DNA from: Candidatus Poribacteria bacterium
GTDB lineage: Bacteria > Poribacteria > WGA-4E > WGA-3G
Length of the DNA: 64,000 nucleotides
NCBI GenBank assembly: GCA_965197475.1
Contig: CBDANF010000003.1
Coordinates: 800,001-864,000 of the forward strand
Reading direction: 5' to 3'
Positions 1-10,497 of the stretch are shown piece after piece (the first letter of the stretch is position 1; each line of letters starts with the position of its first letter). A model generated the notes under the pieces. The model did no database searches. It saw nothing but the letters and a program-made list of their open reading frames with translations, and had not been told where the DNA came from. The position numbers and the translations under genes are program-made.

Positions 1-804
1 ACGTTTGGTGTCAGCGGAAAATTGTGGCGAGATGCACTGCTGATGTACGACCACCAGACACGCTCACTGTGGTCTCACATCACTGGGGAAGCGATACAGG
101 GACCGTTGGAAGGCAAACAATTGAAACCACTCACCTCCATGCCACAAATCACATGGAAAACATGGAAGACAAATTACCCTAATACAAGTTTACTTTCAGT
201 TCCATTCAGGGGTGGTATGCGCGAAAGCCTTAGTCGTGACTCATATCAAAGGTATCATACAAGCCAAGACACAGGCGTGAGCGGAATGAAATACACCGAT
301 GACAGGTTACCCAATAAATCTCTCGTAATCGGCATTCAAGTACAGACAAAAGATGGTGCCGATGGCATTGATGGCAGGGACGGTACTGATGGACAGGATG
401 GTGCCGATGGACAGGATGGAGGTGATGGTGGACAGGGTAATCCTGCACATACCCAGACCGAGGATTCTGGTAACACGCACTATCGCGCCTATTCGCTCAC
501 ACAATTTACGAAAACCGCTATACTCAATGATACAGTTAACGATGTGCCGTTGTTAATTTTTCACGACAAAGATTCGTTTGCAACGGCAGTTTTTAAACGC
601 ACAGTAGATAATAGTACGCTAACTTTTACACACAAGGATGGCTATTTCGCACAAGACAGTTCTGGTACAGAATGGAATCTCGTTACAGGTGAAGCGACAT
701 CGGGTAAACACAAAGGGGAGCGTTTAGAACGACTACCCGCTGTCAATATCTACTGGTTCGCTTGGGCACGCTACTACCCCGAAACAACAATTTACGGTCA
801 GTAA
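1..804 (+). CDS. DUF3179-like protein, 5'-partial, with internal (G-x-D)n low-complexity insert
   Basis: Open from window edge (TFGVSGKLWRDALLMYDHQTRSLWSHITGEAIQGPL) and ends YWFAWARYYPETTIY, both typical of DUF3179. Confidence 0.75.
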   Translation, partial: TFGVSGKLWRDALLMYDHQTRSLWSHITGEAIQGPLEGKQLKPLTSMPQITWKTWKTNYPNTSLLSVPFRGGMRESLSRDSYQRYHTSQDTGVSGMKYTDDRLPNKSLVIGIQVQTKDGADGIDGRDGTDGQDGADGQDGGDGGQGNPAHTQTEDSGNTHYRAYSLTQFTKTAILNDTVNDVPLLIFHDKDSFATAVFKRTVDNSTLTFTHKDGYFAQDSSGTEWNLVTGEATSGKHKGERLERLPAVNIYWFAWARYYPETTIYGQ

Positions 805-808
805 TCTA

Positions 809-1570
809 TCAATCGTCTAATTCAACGACTTCACCTGCCATATCACGATGCATTGTCGGACGGATAACCAATTCCGGTATGTTGCTCCGTTGCGGTAAAG
901 TTGCAATGAGGAGAATCGCTGCTGAGGTTTCGGCTACGTCTACCATCATAGTGCGCGCATCAGCATCGGGTGGAATCGGACGTTTGTCCAAAATCGGTGT
1001 TGCCACTTCGCCAGGAATTATAACGCTTGCTCTGATACCTGTATTCCGCAAATCATTGTTAAGAAATTCGGTGAAGTTGATTACCCCTGCCTTTGCTGCT
1101 CCGTAAGCAAATCCACTAAAAGGACCAGGCGTAACCGCTGCAAGCGATGAAATGTTGATAATCGTTCCCGATTTCGCTTTCAGCATTGCAGGCACAACCG
1201 CCTGTGTACAGAAAAACGTGCCAATCAGGTTTGAATCAATGACCGAGCGCGTCTCCTCTGGTGTCGTATTGAGGAGTCGTCGATTGTGTGAACTATGTCC
1301 AGCATTATTCACAAGCACATCAACCCGACCAAATTTCTCAAGCACATCCTCAACCATCTGTTGAACAGCATCGTAATCAGCGACATCAAGTACACAACTC
1401 ACTACTGTGCCACCTGTTGCTTCTATTTCAGATTTAACGACAATTAACTTTGATACTGTTCTGCCAACAATTACAACGTTGGCACCCTCTTGTGCCATTT
1501 TGAGGGCAGCATCGCGACCTATTCCGCTGCCACCACCTGTGATGATACACACCTGTTCCTTTAATTTCAT
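809..1570 (-). CDS. Short-chain dehydrogenase/reductase (SDR)
   Basis: TGGGSGIG, NNAG, YGAAK motifs. Confidence 0.92.
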   Translation of the reverse strand: MKLKEQVCIITGGGSGIGRDAALKMAQEGANVVIVGRTVSKLIVVKSEIEATGGTVVSCVLDVADYDAVQQMVEDVLEKFGRVDVLVNNAGHSSHNRRLLNTTPEETRSVIDSNLIGTFFCTQAVVPAMLKAKSGTIINISSLAAVTPGPFSGFAYGAAKAGVINFTEFLNNDLRNTGIRASVIIPGEVATPILDKRPIPPDADARTMMVDVAETSAAILLIATLPQRSNIPELVIRPTMHRDMAGEVVELDD

Positions 1571-2403
1571 TCTTCACCTCCATTTGGTAAAATACGTTGG
1601 ACTGCCGCTTTCAACTCTTTTGAAAGCGATTCCAGTTCATACTGCTCTTCCGAAATCTTATCACGATGTTCATCAAACGGATACCCGCCTTTCCCCGCTT
1701 CATTGAAATAGACGCTCAGTTGATACCGTTGAAAAATGTTCATGCGGGGATAATCTTCTGTCCACGGACTTGCATCGTGGAGCAGATTCGTTGAGAAGAT
1801 AGCGACATCACCTGCTTGCATCGGCAGCGTAATTGAGGCCGGTGGATCGTGCTGGACAGGCAGATGTGCTGGTGTCTGAAATAGGGATTTATGACTTCCG
1901 GGGACAAGGCAAAATCCTGTTCCCGGTGGCACGTCTACCAATGCAACCCACGTCGCAATATGGTTACAATAGATATGCCCTGCGACAGCTTGATAATCGT
2001 TATGCGGATTGCGGAATCCTGGTGGAAACTTAAACCCGCTGTCATCACGATGAAAGTGTTGAGGGTAGTCCTGCTTTGTCATCATCGTGAAATTGTAGTG
2101 AAAGAGGCGCGGGGCATTCATTGTCAAACCCGCTACAACCCGCATAATGTCGTGGTTCATCGCAAGATCTTGAAACAGGCGATGCCCATATTGAATATAT
2201 CCTATATGTGTTTTACAAGGTTCTTGCCTGCCACGGTGTAACGGCGGCGGGATGTCAGATTCATCAATTGTGAGCCAATGCTGAAGCACCTTCAACATCT
2301 CCTCAATCTCGTCCTTTGGAATAACATTTCGCAAGACAAGGAAACCGTGTAAATCAAAATACCACTTTTCCATCTCGGTTAAAGTGGATTGAATAGTATG
2401 CAT
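1567..2403 (-). CDS. Phytanoyl-CoA dioxygenase (PhyH) family Fe(II)/2OG dioxygenase
   Basis: FDLHGFLVLRNV, FHRD, LVPGSHK, AGDVAIFSTNLLH. Confidence 0.85.
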   Translation of the reverse strand: MHTIQSTLTEMEKWYFDLHGFLVLRNVIPKDEIEEMLKVLQHWLTIDESDIPPPLHRGRQEPCKTHIGYIQYGHRLFQDLAMNHDIMRVVAGLTMNAPRLFHYNFTMMTKQDYPQHFHRDDSGFKFPPGFRNPHNDYQAVAGHIYCNHIATWVALVDVPPGTGFCLVPGSHKSLFQTPAHLPVQHDPPASITLPMQAGDVAIFSTNLLHDASPWTEDYPRMNIFQRYQLSVYFNEAGKGGYPFDEHRDKISEEQYELESLSKELKAAVQRILPNGGEE

Positions 2404-2497
2404 TAAATTTCTCCACAGTTACTGGTTGTGTTGAACAATAGATTATCAAAATTACCTAAAATTTACAAGGGATGACAGTTGGGATTTAACTATCCGC

Positions 2498-2525
2498 TTG
2501 ACAAAAATCTAAAAACACCTATAAT
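2498..2525 (+). promoter_or_regulatory. sigma70-type promoter for the 2648 gene
   Basis: TTGACA-N16-TATAAT; AAGGAG RBS before ATG 2648. Confidence 0.6.
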
Positions 2526-2647
2526 TGAAATGGAGTTCACAATCTGATTGACCCCAAGAAAACAAGGGCAGAGCATACGCTAATAACACCACGATAGAGA
2601 ATATAATTTATCTATAGCAGAATTTTACCTATTGAAGGAGCATCACA

Positions 2648-3892
2648 ATGTCAAAACGAATAAAAATCGGACTCATTGGGTGCGGCATGATATCCGGTTC
2701 ACACGTCAACGGATATCTGGCACATCCACAGCACGCCGAAATCGTTGCTGTTTGCGATACAGTTGACGCAAACGCAAAACGGAGAGCCGCGGAAGTGCTA
2801 TCTGGCGCGGAAGCACGCGCGAACGCCGCGACCGCTGACGCAGAAAAAGCGGATACAGCAGAAGCGCGCGATCGCTTGAAAGAAAACGCCGCACGTTGGA
2901 CAGAGTATAAAGATAACGGTGTTGAAATCTTCAGTGATTACAACGAAATGTTGAAAACGTGTGAGTTGGATGCTGTCAGTCTTGCCACACCCCCTTTTGC
3001 CCATGAGGCACCTACAGTGGCAGCTGCAAACGCCGGAAAACACGTTTTCTGTGAAAAACCGATGGCGCGCACAGCAACTGAGGCGAGAAACATGCGCGAT
3101 GCATGCGACAAGGCAGGTGTTAAACTTGCCTATCAGAGCGGCGGCACATGTCTTGATCCGAGAAGTTACGCTATCCGAGAGTATGTTACATCAGGAAAAA
3201 TCGGAGATGTCCACTACGGTAGGCTTACCAGTTACCGCGTGCGCGGCAGACCCAATGTAGATATGTTCGGCTACGGCAAGTGGTTCCTCAATTCAGTTTA
3301 CAGCGGTGGCGGCACATTATACGACACAGGCGTTTACCTCATCAATCGTTCTATTTATCTGCTCGGTTCACCACAGCCTGCTACTATCAGCGGTATCGCC
3401 TACCGCGGGATGCCCCCAGAATACACAGGTGAAGAGATAAACGACGTTGAGGAATTCGCATCCATGTTTGTCCGATTTACGAATGGAATGTCGTTTACGT
3501 ATGAAAACGGTTGGTCATGCAATATGGCAGGGCAACCGCAAGGCATCTTCATCTTCGGTTCTAAAGGTTCATTTAGCAACGATAAACTCTTCCTTGAAAA
3601 AGGAGAGTGGGATACCGATGATCAGGGCAACCGCCGCCGCTATCGCGAAAATCTCGTTGAAACACCTTTGGAACTGCCAGATATGCACTTCCCCGATAAG
3701 TTCCGCGACTTTCTCAACGCCTGCAACAGCGATGCGCAACCTGTCAGCAATGGTGATATTGGTCTGAAGGTTACAGAAATCATGAGCGGTGCGCTCCTAT
3801 CAGCAAAACTCCGCCGTGAAGTTAGCGTAGAAGAACTTTACGAACTTGAGGCACTCCGTACTGAACCGACACCGGGTTGGCCTATCCCATAA
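2648..3892 (+). CDS. Gfo/Idh/MocA family oxidoreductase
   Basis: GLIGCGMIS, KHVFCEKPMA, GGGTLYDTGVY. Confidence 0.9.
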   Translation: MSKRIKIGLIGCGMISGSHVNGYLAHPQHAEIVAVCDTVDANAKRRAAEVLSGAEARANAATADAEKADTAEARDRLKENAARWTEYKDNGVEIFSDYNEMLKTCELDAVSLATPPFAHEAPTVAAANAGKHVFCEKPMARTATEARNMRDACDKAGVKLAYQSGGTCLDPRSYAIREYVTSGKIGDVHYGRLTSYRVRGRPNVDMFGYGKWFLNSVYSGGGTLYDTGVYLINRSIYLLGSPQPATISGIAYRGMPPEYTGEEINDVEEFASMFVRFTNGMSFTYENGWSCNMAGQPQGIFIFGSKGSFSNDKLFLEKGEWDTDDQGNRRRYRENLVETPLELPDMHFPDKFRDFLNACNSDAQPVSNGDIGLKVTEIMSGALLSAKLRREVSVEELYELEALRTEPTPGWPIP

Positions 3893-4076
3893 AAGAACAT
3901 TCGGTTTTCCGGAGGTTACCCTTTCTCCAGTAAAATCCTTCTAATAACAAAAACAGAAAGTTGATATAATCATCTATGTCGGGATAATACATTTGGTTCT
4001 CCTTGATATTCTTGATTAATCAAAGGATACCAATTATCCTGACATTTTCAAACAATAATTATGAGCCACCTTCAGT

Positions 4077-4412
4077 TAACTGAGGGTGGGCTCATAATTA
4101 TTAATGATATATCTGGATTTAATGGCATCAGGAACGCTCCACCGTGTTGTTCGCCTACCTTCATTGGTGCGGTTTCCCGCCAAATCATGCGGAATCATGT
4201 AGAATGCCAAAAGCGCATTCTACCACGCGCATTCCACCGAGCGCATTTGGCGTTGATTCACTTTACCGAAATACCTTCAAAAGCATGTTAGCACTTTCTA
4301 AAGAGTGAATGAGTTGCTCAACTGCAAACTTCACTTACTAATAATCTCCAACAGATGAAGTCCATTATTGCTTGTGTTGCTGAAAAATATAAATATGAAC
4401 CACCCTCAGTTA
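4077..4412. mobile_element. MITE-like element, copy 1
   Basis: Inverted ends TAACTGAGGGTGG...CCACCCTCAGTTA; homologous to 4704-4924. Confidence 0.6.
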
Positions 4413-4703
4413 TCTATAAATTATACGACAAATCCCTTTATAATAAGGTTCTGTTTTAACAATTTCTAAAAATGCCGATCTATCCACTAAAAATCGGAAA
4501 AAATAAGAAAATTCATAGAATTTTGTACTTTTTCAAGCAAATTTGCCATTTTTTACAGATTTAATTTGACTTTTGGGATGAACTTAAATATAATTAACCG
4601 TATTGGGTTATATCAATACATTTAATATCAACTTAATTAAGATTGTCTTAATGTAGTTTTGAGGTTTGGTTTTTTCTACTTAGGTGGTAGCTTTAGTATA
4701 TTT

Positions 4704-4924
4704 ATCCTGAAGGTAGTTCATAATATTGATGAAGTATCTGGGCTAAAGGCAGCAGTCACGCTCACCGTGCTGTCCGCTTGCCCTGAAATACCTGCAAAAG
4801 CATGTTAGCGCGTTTTAAAGAGTGAATGAATTGTTCAACTACAAACTGCTCCTATTAATAATCACTAACAAATGAAGTCCGTTTTTGTGTGTGTTGCTAA
4901 AAAATTATGAACCACCCTCAATTA
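4704..4924. mobile_element. MITE-like element, copy 2 (internally deleted, diverged)
   Basis: CTGAAGGTAGTTCAT...ATGAACCACCCTCAATTA; shares both arms with 4077-4412 but lacks about 110 bp of the middle. Confidence 0.55.
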
Positions 4925-5304
4925 GATATCCTTAATAACAAGAATTTAATTTGTGTATGCAGAACACAACGTAAAAGAGGGGATTTTAGAATGTTACAAT
5001 CGGAAATGGTAGCATTTTCATCTGTTTCCTATTGGCGGACATTGCGGTGTTTGCAAGCATAGCGGTTGCTGCAAATCGAGACTCTTTCAAACCTCCTTTC
5101 ACCGAGGAACAGTATTAGACCAGTTGAAAGAAAACTATGATACAGGAACCTTCCTTGATCCTTGATCATAGGAACTCTATTATCCTAAAAAATACACAAA
5201 TTACAAAAATCTGCAATTTGCTATTAACTTTTTCTATTTAAGGTTTATATAAGGTTAAAAGATGTCTCAAGAGACAGATGCTTTGAAAAGGGGAGGGGTC
5301 TCTG

Positions 5305-5967
5305 ATGAAATTGAAATGTCAATTGACAGGTGCGAAATGTCCACCTTACTCACACGAGGGTGAATTTCAACCAAACAACGCAACAATTACCGGCCTTTTA
5401 TCTGATTTACATCGGTGTGCGAACTGTATTGCGTATGATCCACCATCGTTCCCTGCGTTCCGAGACGATTTGATACAAATCGCTTCCATAACACTCATAG
5501 AAAAAGGACCCGCGTTCAATCCTGCACATGAAAGTGGTGCCAGTTTCGGAACTTTCATCCGCCCACGGATTTGCGGAAGTTTGATATACGCGAAGCATAA
5601 AGAACTCAAACACCATGCTCGTGAATGCCCCGAATCCTATATAGATGTAGATATCAACAGGTTACTAAATGTTGAAGACGAGAAAGATATAGACTTTATT
5701 CAAAATGTCCCTCATCCCGATGCCGAATATTTTGTGAATAGACTTGTTTGGGAGATATCACTTGCAAATTTTGAGAAAGTTCTGCCTCAACTCCTTGAAG
5801 CATTGACTCGCCGTGAACAACAGGTTTTCGCCTGCATTCGCGAGGATATGCCGAATTGTGATATTGCTAAGATATTGGAACTTAGCTCACCGCGAATCAG
5901 TCAGTTGGTCCGAACCATAGAACAGAAGTTGCGGAGAGAATGCCAAAAGTTCGGATTAATTGAATAA
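5305..5967 (+). CDS. Alternative sigma-70 family RNA polymerase sigma factor
   Basis: Region 2-like DDLIQIA...SFGTFIRPRICGSL; region 4 HTH LTRREQQVF...DIAKILELSSPRISQL. Confidence 0.8.
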   Translation: MKLKCQLTGAKCPPYSHEGEFQPNNATITGLLSDLHRCANCIAYDPPSFPAFRDDLIQIASITLIEKGPAFNPAHESGASFGTFIRPRICGSLIYAKHKELKHHARECPESYIDVDINRLLNVEDEKDIDFIQNVPHPDAEYFVNRLVWEISLANFEKVLPQLLEALTRREQQVFACIREDMPNCDIAKILELSSPRISQLVRTIEQKLRRECQKFGLIE

Positions 5968-6056
5968 AACTTTGCGCTATACCAGCAACCCTGAATATAC
6001 GTTTCAACGGTTTTTGATTAGTGACACACTATCTATTGGAGAATAGGAGAAAGTTC

Positions 6057-6404
6057 ATGACAACAATAATTCGTCAAAAAAACGGAATCACAATTTTGGA
6101 ACTGACTGGGAAAATCATTGGTGAGGCCATACCAGAGTTACGGGCGATCATGATAAGACAAATAGACATTTCTGAAACACCGCGTTTCTTTATCAATTTC
6201 AAGGGCGTTCATAAGATGGACAGTTCGGGACTCGGCACACTCATCAGTGTGCATAATATGGCACGGATAAAACAGGGGCGGATCGGTATCATCAATGTTG
6301 AGAAAAATATCAAGAACTTGATTGTGCAAAGTCGGCTTATCAACATTTTTGAACATTTTGAGACAGAAGCTGCTGCGTTATCAGAACTTTCAAGGAGGTA
6401 CTGA
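6057..6404 (+). CDS. STAS-domain anti-sigma factor antagonist
   Basis: NFKGVHKMDSSGLGTL (DSSG phospho-Ser motif); AGGAG RBS favours ATG 6057 over 6021. Confidence 0.88.
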   Translation: MTTIIRQKNGITILELTGKIIGEAIPELRAIMIRQIDISETPRFFINFKGVHKMDSSGLGTLISVHNMARIKQGRIGIINVEKNIKNLIVQSRLINIFEHFETEAAALSELSRRY

Positions 6405-6587
6405 CACGATTCAACTGGACATTACCCCCTGATACATCTGAGCATCATGGCAGTGATTGATACTCTAAAGGGATAAGCGTCAACTTACTCTTTTTCTCGC
6501 AATAGGCAGGTAACCGATCCCGTTGTTACCTGTCTTTACTTTTTAAGAAGTGCCATAGCAATACATGAATACCTCATAGATTTAAGG

Positions 6588-6616
6588 TTGACAATTACGC
6601 TTAAATTAGGTATCCT
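6588..6616 (+). promoter_or_regulatory. sigma70-type promoter
   Basis: TTGACA-N17-TATCCT upstream of the 6664 ATG. Confidence 0.5.
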
Positions 6617-6663
6617 TATAATAACGCAAGAATCATTCATAATAACATCAATTGAGGTGTACA

Positions 6664-9324
6664 ATGAAAAAATGGATCGTTCTAATCGCTGGATTATTGA
6701 TTGTTAACTTCGCTTATGGGCAGAATAATGTTGCCCAAAACGCATATCTAATTTTTGAAAATAATTGTCTCGGTTGCCACGGTGAATCCGGCATCTTTAA
6801 AGAGACACTCTATATTGAATACAACAACTTGATAGAAGTAGGTAGTGTTATACCTAATAATCCTGACGAATCAGAATTGTATAAACGATTGCTTCCATCG
6901 ACAGATCCAACTAAACGAATGCCTCTCGGTCAACCGCCACTTTCGGACGAGGCAATAGCAATGATCCATCAATGGATAGAGATGGGCGCGCCTGATTGGG
7001 CAGTAACCATCGGGGATCGCGCATTCATTACGCAAGGGACAATGATGGATACTATCAAAACGCATCTTGATACGCTTAACGCATTTGACCGTCCTTATGC
7101 GCGCTATTTTTCTATGACACACTTATATAATGCCGGTGAGACACCCGAAGTGCTTGCCGATTATCAATTGGCTCTTAACAAACTTGTGAATAGTCTATCG
7201 TGGGAAGGACAAATAGTCAATCCGCAGCCGATAGACACTGAACAGATGATCTACTACATAGATGTACGAGATTATGATTGGGATAAAAGTGAGGCATGGA
7301 CAGAACTTGAACAGGAATATCCGTATCACATCGCTTTCAACGCACCAGAACAGACAAGTCTAAATCAGAAACTCACAGACCTTCAAACAGAAATGAATTG
7401 TGAAGTGCCTGCTATCCATATAGACTGGTTTATAGCCAACGCCTCGCTTCCGCCGCTCTATTACGATATTCTGGACCTGCCTGAAACTGATTTTGAATTA
7501 GAACAACGACTAAATGTAGATGTCGTTGACAATCTTTTGAACGCGCCCGGACATAGCGTGTGGCGCGCAGGGTTTAGTGAATCTAAAGTGTCCAGCAATA
7601 ATCGCGTCGTAGAACGGCATACATCAAGCTATGGTGCTTACTGGAAAAGCTACGATTTTGCCGGTAGTGTTGGCAGACAAAACATTTTTGTGCATCCGAT
7701 ATCATTTATACACGATGGTGGTGAGGTGGTGTTCAACCTGCCAAATGGCTTACAAGCATACTATCTATCTAATGCGAAAAGCAATCGCCTGGATGTAGCA
7801 CCTATTGACATTGTATCTAATCCAGCAGCCAGCGATCAACGCGTGCGAAATGGGTTATCCTGTATCGGCTGCCACACCGAGGGTATGAAAACCTTTGAGG
7901 ACACTGTCCGACAAGCAATTGAACAGGCACCTGTCACACTCTATAACAAAGAACACGCATTACAACTTTATGTTGAACAATCGGAGATGGACGCGTTTGT
8001 GGAAGGTGATGCTATGCGTTACAAGGATGCGCTTGAACAAACGGGTGGCACAATCGGTGGCATTGAGCCGATACACCGCTTTTATGAAGCATTTCAGAAA
8101 CCCGTTACAACTGCACACGCGGCGGCTTCCCTCGGCTTAGGAACTGAAACGTTTATTCAAAAAATCAGTGGGAATATCAACTTACAAAGTTTAGGTTTGC
8201 ACGTATTCAGTAATCAGGGTACAATAAAACGGGACATTTGGACAGCCAGATTTCAAGAAATTGTTTACATATTAGATTTCCCAGATGGAAGCATAGAAAA
8301 GCCGGATGATTTTGTGGGGCAGGTTGTTCCTATTGGTTATGTTTACATACCGGATCTAAACCTACGCGCAATTATTGAAGATTATCTTGGTAAAACACAA
8401 GGTGCTCCAATTACCAAAGCCGAAATGGCAACGTTGGAGAGAATAGAAGCAGAAGATAAAGACATAAGTAATATTATTGGATTAGAGTGTGCTGTCAATA
8501 TAGTTAATGTGAAATTAAACGGAAATTCTATTTCTGACATAAGTCCTGTTGCGAATCTGAAAAACCTTGGAGCATTACAGATGTCCAATAATCCGGTGTT
8601 TGACTTATCACCACTTGCAAGACTTACGCAGCTGAAATATATAGCATTTAGTGGTTGGCAATTATCTGATATTTCTCCAATAAAGGATTTAATAAATCTT
8701 GAGAGGTTAGGGATTTCTTGGTCAAATGTAACGGATATATCAGTAGTTGCTAATATGAAAGCATTAAGACGCTTAAATCTCTATCATTGTGAGAAACTCA
8801 GTGATATATCACCACTTGCTAATTTACCTGAGTTGTGGGAGTTAGAACTTGGTGGTATAAAAAGTTTGTCAGATATTTCAGTTGTGACAACATTACCAAA
8901 TTTAAGAGTGTTAGATTTCCACGGTAGTCCCATACCCGATTCGTCACCATTATCGAGTCTAACAAATTTGAAAGAGTTGGATCTTAGAGGAACAAACATA
9001 TCTGATTTGTCTCCACTTGTGAATTTATGCAATTTAGAATATCTCAACTTAAGCGGTAATTCGATAGATCATATATCTATACTATTCCATCTGCTACCAC
9101 ACACGGAAATTATATGGAATGGAGGTATAGTCCCAACAGCAGATGTAAATGATGACGGTATCGTAAATATTTTAGATCTTGTTTCTGTTGCGAATGCTTT
9201 TGGTAAACCACTATCTGAGGAAATTTCTGCGCTTGATGTCAACTTTGATGATGTAATCAATATACTTGATTTGGTAACTGTTGCACAGCAAATGGGAGAA
9301 CGTTGTAGGATTAATCAACCATGA
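6664..9324 (+). CDS. Secreted c-type cytochrome domain + internalin-like LRR + dockerin/EF-hand-like protein
   Basis: Signal peptide; CLGCH with RMPLGQPPLS (Planctomycete cytochrome c type); second CIGCH; LxLxxNxISDISPL repeats; duplicated DVNxDxxxNILDLV. GAGG RBS favours ATG 6664 (track start 6652). Confidence 0.82.
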   Translation: MKKWIVLIAGLLIVNFAYGQNNVAQNAYLIFENNCLGCHGESGIFKETLYIEYNNLIEVGSVIPNNPDESELYKRLLPSTDPTKRMPLGQPPLSDEAIAMIHQWIEMGAPDWAVTIGDRAFITQGTMMDTIKTHLDTLNAFDRPYARYFSMTHLYNAGETPEVLADYQLALNKLVNSLSWEGQIVNPQPIDTEQMIYYIDVRDYDWDKSEAWTELEQEYPYHIAFNAPEQTSLNQKLTDLQTEMNCEVPAIHIDWFIANASLPPLYYDILDLPETDFELEQRLNVDVVDNLLNAPGHSVWRAGFSESKVSSNNRVVERHTSSYGAYWKSYDFAGSVGRQNIFVHPISFIHDGGEVVFNLPNGLQAYYLSNAKSNRLDVAPIDIVSNPAASDQRVRNGLSCIGCHTEGMKTFEDTVRQAIEQAPVTLYNKEHALQLYVEQSEMDAFVEGDAMRYKDALEQTGGTIGGIEPIHRFYEAFQKPVTTAHAAASLGLGTETFIQKISGNINLQSLGLHVFSNQGTIKRDIWTARFQEIVYILDFPDGSIEKPDDFVGQVVPIGYVYIPDLNLRAIIEDYLGKTQGAPITKAEMATLERIEAEDKDISNIIGLECAVNIVNVKLNGNSISDISPVANLKNLGALQMSNNPVFDLSPLARLTQLKYIAFSGWQLSDISPIKDLINLERLGISWSNVTDISVVANMKALRRLNLYHCEKLSDISPLANLPELWELELGGIKSLSDISVVTTLPNLRVLDFHGSPIPDSSPLSSLTNLKELDLRGTNISDLSPLVNLCNLEYLNLSGNSIDHISILFHLLPHTEIIWNGGIVPTADVNDDGIVNILDLVSVANAFGKPLSEEISALDVNFDDVINILDLVTVAQQMGERCRINQP

Positions 9325-9575
9325 AAGAGATCGTTGCACGTATATCAGATAAGACCTACGATAAGTTACAAGAGGTATCTGATATACAGAATCTATTAGC
9401 ACTCAAACAAGCTATAAGTTTGAATCCGTGGCTCGGTGACCTTTTAGAAAGTTGTAAGGAAGCCGTGAAACGCAACGAAATTCTGAAGCACAATAAAAGT
9501 ACTTCTTTATTGTTTGAGAAAAAATGGTTGGAAAAAGATTGTAAAAAATATAATGATATGGAGGAACAAATGTGA
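9321..9575 (+). CDS. Small hypothetical protein
   Basis: 84 aa with 4-nt overlaps to both neighbours (translational coupling). Confidence 0.45.
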   Translation: MKEIVARISDKTYDKLQEVSDIQNLLALKQAISLNPWLGDLLESCKEAVKRNEILKHNKSTSLLFEKKWLEKDCKKYNDMEEQM

Positions 9576-10426
9576 AAAATTTTGAGTTTTTTGAACCGAC
9601 CACCCTTGCGGAAGCGTCCCACCTGTTTTCAAAAGAGCACGCGCAGCTCCTTGCAGGCGGGACAGACCTTGTTATCGGAATGAAGGCATATACCGAAACG
9701 CCGCAATCCGTGATTAGCCTACAAAAAATTTCGGGATTGGCTGGCATCACCACTGATACTGATAACAGCATCACTATCGGGGCAATGACGAAGGTCCGGG
9801 AAGTTGAATTGTCCGAGGATGTCCAAAAACACCATACAGCATTAGCGGAAGGTGCGGCAGAAATCGGGTCTATCCAAATTCGTAACCTCGCAACTATCGG
9901 TGGAAACATTGCGCACGCTTCCCCTGCAGCAGATACGGTTGCCGGTTTGCTCGTTGCTGATGCTCAGGTTAACATTGCAAGTGCTGATGGCGAACGAACA
10001 GTGCCGATTGATGAACTCTTCACAGGACCGGGACAGACCGTCTTAAAATCGGGTGAGATTATAACGCAATTTCGCCTACCGAATCCCCCATCTGGTTCCC
10101 ACTATATCAAGCATAAAATCCGTGAAGTAATGGATCTGGCGTTTATCGGTGTAGCTTCCGCTGTCAATTTGGATAACGGCACAATTACAGATGCCCGAAT
10201 CGGACTCGCCGCTGTTGCCCCCACACCGATTCGCGCGACCGAAGCAGAAAATTTACTAAAAGGGAAAGAAATCACACCAGAACTACTGCAACAAGCTGGC
10301 GAAGCAGCGGCAGCCGCAGCCAGTCCGATATCCGATCTACGATGCTCCGCTGAACATCGTAGAGAGATGGTTGATGTCCTTACAAGGCAAACCCTTCAAC
10401 ACGCTTTGGGCAGAGCAAGAGGGTAA
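9572..10426 (+). CDS. Xanthine dehydrogenase/CoxM-family FAD-binding subunit
   Basis: LAGGTDL, QIRNLATIGGNIAHASPAAD. Confidence 0.92.
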   Translation: MKNFEFFEPTTLAEASHLFSKEHAQLLAGGTDLVIGMKAYTETPQSVISLQKISGLAGITTDTDNSITIGAMTKVREVELSEDVQKHHTALAEGAAEIGSIQIRNLATIGGNIAHASPAADTVAGLLVADAQVNIASADGERTVPIDELFTGPGQTVLKSGEIITQFRLPNPPSGSHYIKHKIREVMDLAFIGVASAVNLDNGTITDARIGLAAVAPTPIRATEAENLLKGKEITPELLQQAGEAAAAAASPISDLRCSAEHRREMVDVLTRQTLQHALGRARG

Positions 10427-10497
10427 AAAAGCATTCATATTTAAGCGAGGACTGACGTTCACGCCTCGCATCGTATTTGAAGGTCAAGGAGGAAAAT

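Noticed and set aside
4054-4924. Integron attC sites or a riboswitch
   Set aside because: No integrase or cassette ORFs and no recognised aptamer; better explained as MITE ends
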